Source: Macrostomum lignano
Taxonomy: Eukaryota
Reading direction: 5' to 3'
Assembly: GCA_002269645.1 (NCBI GenBank)
Contig: NIVC01001751.1
Location: 178,127-242,126, forward strand
DNA length: 64,000 bases
The translations under genes and the position numbers were made by a program. Below are positions 59,611 through 64,000 of this stretch, one piece after another. The first letter of the stretch is position 1. Each line of letters starts with the position of its first letter. The notes under the pieces were generated by a model, which saw only the letters and a list, made by a program, of their open reading frames with translations, was not told the origin of the DNA and searched no databases.

Positions 59611-60066
59611 ATGCACCCAGTCTCTGCCGTTGCCTCATCGTCCGCCATCCTGACTGTCAGCTACCTGGCCCTGCTGATCTGCTCCGCTGTCGCTGGCGTC
59701 AACGCTGATTCGACGATCGACGCCACTCGCCGATCCTGGGATGACGGGCCCGGCCTGTCGCTTCGGTCGGCGGACTTCGATATGACTTCCGGCTATCCGG
59801 CCATCGGCAAACGCCTAGCCGCTGTCCGCTTTGCCCACTACTACGTCGACCACGACGTCGACGAGGTTGGCATGAGTCCCGAAGCTGGCACGCCATCAGT
59901 GAGTCGTCGGGAATATCAACAGCTTCGAAGCGCAGTGGTCCAGCTGGCCCAGCGTCTGCTTGATAATCCGCGGCGGCAGCGGCTGATGCGACAGCGACAT
60001 TTGTGGCAACCGACTGAGGCTCGGGTTGTCAACCTGCTGCTGTCGCGAGGCGGTAGGCGCACTTAA
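59611..60066 (+). CDS. Secreted neuropeptide/prohormone-like precursor, 151 aa, single coding exon
   Basis: MHPVSAVASSSAILTVSYLALLICSAVAGVNA signal-like segment, then RR, GKR, RR, RR and GGRR basic sites; GC-rich codon usage. Upstream donor (GT 59423) and acceptor (AG 59593) suggest a 5'UTR intron. Confidence 0.72.
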   Translation: MHPVSAVASSSAILTVSYLALLICSAVAGVNADSTIDATRRSWDDGPGLSLRSADFDMTSGYPAIGKRLAAVRFAHYYVDHDVDEVGMSPEAGTPSVSRREYQQLRSAVVQLAQRLLDNPRRQRLMRQRHLWQPTEARVVNLLLSRGGRRT

Positions 60067-60550
60067 GCCGGCCAACTGGGTCCAGGGGCATCTCGTCTGA
60101 CTGGATGAAGAATTCATTTTATCACATTCACTTTGGGTCCGCTATTTTGCCGTCGGGCTTATTAATAGCTGGAAAGAAATCCTCAGCAAGTTTGCTACTG
60201 GCCATCCAGAGGATCCTAGCAGGTACCCATCACAAATAATGGCGGACAGGTACAAAATACTTTAGATTACGCTAGAAAAAGATCAGGGTACTAAGGGTAG
60301 TTTTGCGAGTTGTTACAAAGCACATTGGGCCGCCGATGACGAGAAGCAGACATCGCCGATTGTGCGTCTTTGTCTTGACAAACCTTCTTTGAAAATATAC
60401 GTTCACAACTACAGCACGAATTACTTCAGTTCCGACTGACGCAGCTGTACTCAACCAAATGTGTTCGACACTTATTTTTACAATTGTTCTTCTGAAAGAT
60501 AATTACAAAACGGAAATACTCCGCGAAACCCACAAACCCAAGGACACGCG

Positions 60551-61720
60551 CGCCGGCTGTCCGGAAATTCGTGAGAATGTGTCAATCGAGCAAGAAAGAA
60601 GCAAGCTGTTGACATGGTGCACAGATAATTTCAATATTAGACTCATACTAGCAATCAGCGCCCCCGTTGGGGAGCCATAATGCAGTACAAGTTTTTTAAT
60701 AAACTACATGTTGCGTCTCTTTGCAATATACCTCAGCAGGCCCTTGTAAGCCTTGACATGTCAGCAATTCCCCCCACAAGCCTCGCATGGGAAAAAACGC
60801 GAGCGTAAAAAAGTGCCCGGAAAATAGCGTGCTTTACCTCATATAGAGCATTTATATACGATGCTCGTATATCCCATAGACAATTGGTTGAAAAATGAAG
60901 CTCACAACTTGACTAACTGCTTGGAATAGCGGGCAATATAAGGCTCACACCATGCTCTATGCGCTCAATAACCAACGCAACGCAGTGATCAAGATTGCAA
61001 ATTTTGACAGGCATTTCTTCAAAATGGAAGACTTCTAGACTTATGCCAATGCTAGATACAGTCCTGGAATCTGCGTTATCAGTTGTCATGACGAGCTACT
61101 CAAAGTTTTTGGAGTTGCGGCACCAGTCAGTCAACGGTTTACAGATGGTACTTAGAGTTCCGTGATGAAGCAGTTCCCCTGGCCTCAGCTCCTCGGAGCT
61201 CTTGTTGAAGAGGATTCAAAGGTTTATATCAGGGACCTCGTTGAATTTTTGGAATTTAGAAGAACAACAGTGCACAAAATTTTGACGGAGAATTTGCACC
61301 TTCAAAAAGTTTCTGCTGTCTGGGTTCCGCACGCTCTCTCCGAGGAGAAAAAGTTCGCAGGCTTTTTTACAACGAGGGCATGGAAAAAACTTTTTTGACA
61401 AGTAAGAGGTGGAAGATGAGACATGGGTGCACCTGAACGACACTGGCACAAAGTAAAAAACAGGTGCTGGCTTAGCCAAGGGGATCATCGACCACATTCA
61501 GCGACCACAAGGAAGTTCGAGAAGCTGCGTTGCAGTGGGCAAGAGGGCCTTGACGAAGATTGCTTGAAAAGAGAGGTTCAGCGACTCGTTGACCATTGCC
61601 AAGCTGTAATCAACACAAGGGGCGGGAGATCATATTACCAACTAGTACTGTTACTGTATTTTCCGACAGTTCTGACTGCTTTTTTAAGATACATTCTCAC
61701 GACTTTCCGGACAGCCGGCG
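60551..61720 (+). mobile_element. Decayed Tc1/mariner (mariner-type) transposon
   Basis: 30-bp TIRs CGCCGGCTGTCCGGAAATTCGTGAGAATGT / ACATTCTCACGACTTTCCGGACAGCCGGCG (1 mismatch) with TA on the right. Disrupted transposase: HDELLKVFGVAAP, TTVHKILTENLHLQKVSAVWVPHAL, LVDHCQAVINTRGG. Confidence 0.88.
60648..60847 (-). mobile_element. Short Helitron-like copy nested in the mariner
   Basis: Reverse complement matches 18690-18832, including GGCTCCCCAACGGGGGCGCTGATTGCTAG|T; the upper boundary is approximate. Confidence 0.6.
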
Positions 61721-62636
61721 TAATAACAAGTTGCCTTGCAGTACTCAGTCTTCTAAGTAGTACTGAGAGCGTTTTAGCTGCAATAGGCCATCAATTTCAA
61801 CTGTCAATGTCCAAGGATCGCTAGACGTCCTGGGTGCGTAAGGACGTAGCATTCGCGTTGCTTACAAATACAATAACGAGAGAGAAAACCTACATTTTAA
61901 AGCACTTAATGGACGATTTTTATGCTATTACCCTTCTGAAATGCTATTACGGCGATCACATGAAGCTAGCGCATACAGTACATGTATGAGTCTGGTCCAA
62001 GGTGGCTTCATCAGTTTAGCGACTAAAAAATCAAGAGAAATGCTACTGGAGACTTGTCAAACGCACTGAAACGCCTGGAGACTGTCTTTTTTCAAGATAG
62101 ATTTTTCATGTCTGCGGTAAAACTCAAATTTTGATGCCATGCATTCGACAAAAGTTCTATAAAGAGCATTCAGTACTTTCACTTTACCAGCTTCCAGACG
62201 ATGTTTTTATAAACTACTCGTAATTCAATTCAACATATTTTAACTGAAATTCAACCTTCAACCTGCAGGTGCAGCGGTAACTTTCATTGGCCCTGTCGCT
62301 GGCGCCGATGCTATTGAAATCATGGTTCACTTTGACACACTGTGTATAAAAAGTACGCAATCTGTGTGCTTGAAAGTGCGACAGGTGATTGTTTTGCAAT
62401 AAATTTTCAATCAGAAAGAGTAAAAGTGAACGGCATTTGCTATCAGCTAGGAACAGACCCACGATCCTGGACGCGACTTGATCAAATCACTGAGCAGCTG
62501 CCAAATAAGAAATGAAATGTGAAATCTCTTATTTCAGCCCCAGGCAGACTTTCGGCTCTGCTCTATTAATCCCGTCAAGATGAGCTGAGCTGGGACTGTT
62601 ACCTGCACTCTTATTCCTATCTTTAGGCTTATTCCT

Positions 62637-64000
62637 GTCTCATAGCTTAGTAATGATGAGAATTAGCTGTCTCATAGCTTAGTAATGATGAGGCTTAGCT
62701 GTCTCATAGCTTAGTAATGATGAGAATTAGCTGTCTCATAGCTTAGTCATGATGAGAATTAGCTGTCTCATAGCTTAGTAATGATGAGACGTAGCTGTCT
62801 CATAGCTTAGTAATGATGAGGCTTAGCTGTCTCATAGCTTAGTAATGATGAGGCTTAGCTGTCTCATAGCTTAGTAATGATGATAATGATGAGCTTAGCT
62901 GTCTCATAGCTTAGTAATGATGAGGCTTAGCTGTCTCATAGCTTAGTAATGATGAGGCTTGCTGTCTCATAGCTTAGTAATGATGAGGCTTAGCTGTCTC
63001 ATAGCTTAGTAATGATGAGGCTTAGCTGTCTCATAGCTTAGTAATGAGATAATGATGAGGCTGAGCTGTCTCATAGCTTATAATGATGATAATGATGAGG
63101 CTTAGCTGTCTCATAGCTTAGTAATGATGAGGCTTAGCTGTCTCATAGCTTAGTAATGATGAGGCTTAGCTGTCTCATAGCTTAGTAATGATGAGAATTA
63201 GCTGTCTCATAGCTTAGTAATGATGAGACGTAGCTGTCTCATAGCTTAGTAATGATGAGGCTTAGCTGTCTCATAGCTTAGTAATGATGAGAATTAGCTG
63301 TCTCATAGCTTAGTAATGATGAGGCTTAGCTGTCTCATAGCTTAGTAATGATGAGGCTTAGCTGTCTCATAGCTTAGTAATGATGAGAATTAGCTGTCTC
63401 ATAGCTAGTAATGATGATGGTGTAGCTTCATATGTTAGTAATATGACTGTCTATGATATAGTTGATATGTAATGATGTATTATATAGTTGATGAGGCTTG
63501 CTGTCTCATAGCTTAGTAATGATGAGAATTAGCTGTCTCATAGCTTAGTAATGATGAGGCTTACTGTCTCATAGCTTAGTAATGATGAGAATTAGCTGTC
63601 TCATAGCTTAGTAATGATGAGAATTAGCTGTCTCATAGCTTAGTAATGATGAGAATTAGCTGTCTCATAGCTTAGTAATGATGAGAATTAGCTGTCTCAT
63701 AGCTTAGTAATGATGAGGCTTGCTGTCTCATAGCTTAGTAATGATGAGAATTAGCTGTCTCATAGCTTAGTAATGATGAGGCTTAGCTGTCTCATAGCTT
63801 AGTATGATGAGAATTAGCTGTCTCATAGCAATTAGTAATGATGAGCTTATCTGTCTCATAGCTTAGTAATGATAGATTAGCTGTCTCATAGCTTAGTAAT
63901 GATGAGAATTAGCTGTCTCATAGCTTAGTAATGATGAGAATTAGCTGTCTCATAGCTTAGTAATGATGAGAATTAGCTGTCTCATAGCAATTAGTAAGTG
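62637..64000. repeat. 32-bp minisatellite running off the window end
   Basis: TTAGCTGTCTCATAGCTTAGTAATGATGAG(AA/GC) units. Confidence 0.97.

Noticed and set aside
62637-64000. Hammerhead ribozyme in the ATGATGAG-containing 32-mer
   Set aside because: Lacks the CUGANGA and GAAA core arrangement.

Overview
Eukaryotic (metazoan) genomic DNA, not prokaryotic. It has GT-AG spliced, mostly GC-rich exons separated by introns filled with private minisatellites, plus a TTAGGG tract. This style suggests a free-living flatworm such as Macrostomum, but that is inference only. Six protein-coding genes were reconstructed by hand with phase-consistent splice sites: (1) a 2-exon class A peptide GPCR of the myosuppressin/sex-peptide-receptor-like (Srw/DmsR) type (+); (2,3) two tandem paralogous 5-exon genes for small single-CUB, 10-cysteine type I membrane proteins, each preceded by a canonical RFX X-box (+); (4) an SH2-PTB tensin with no N-terminal PTEN-like domain visible (-); (5) a CDC14 dual-specificity phosphatase (-); (6) an unrecognised secreted neuropeptide-like precursor (+). 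Mobile DNA includes tRNA-derived SINEs, a hAT-type MITE family carrying CT-rich microsatellites, a Helitron-like element, a foldback-like element enclosing a perfect 10-mer array, a decayed mariner, a Penelope GIY-YIG remnant and a frameshifted LINE ORF1. Almost all long ORFs in the supplied track are artefacts of tandem repeats. The strongest novelty candidates are the X-box-bearing Cys-rich CUB-TM gene pair and the neuropeptide precursor. Repeat boundaries are approximate and all counts were made by eye.
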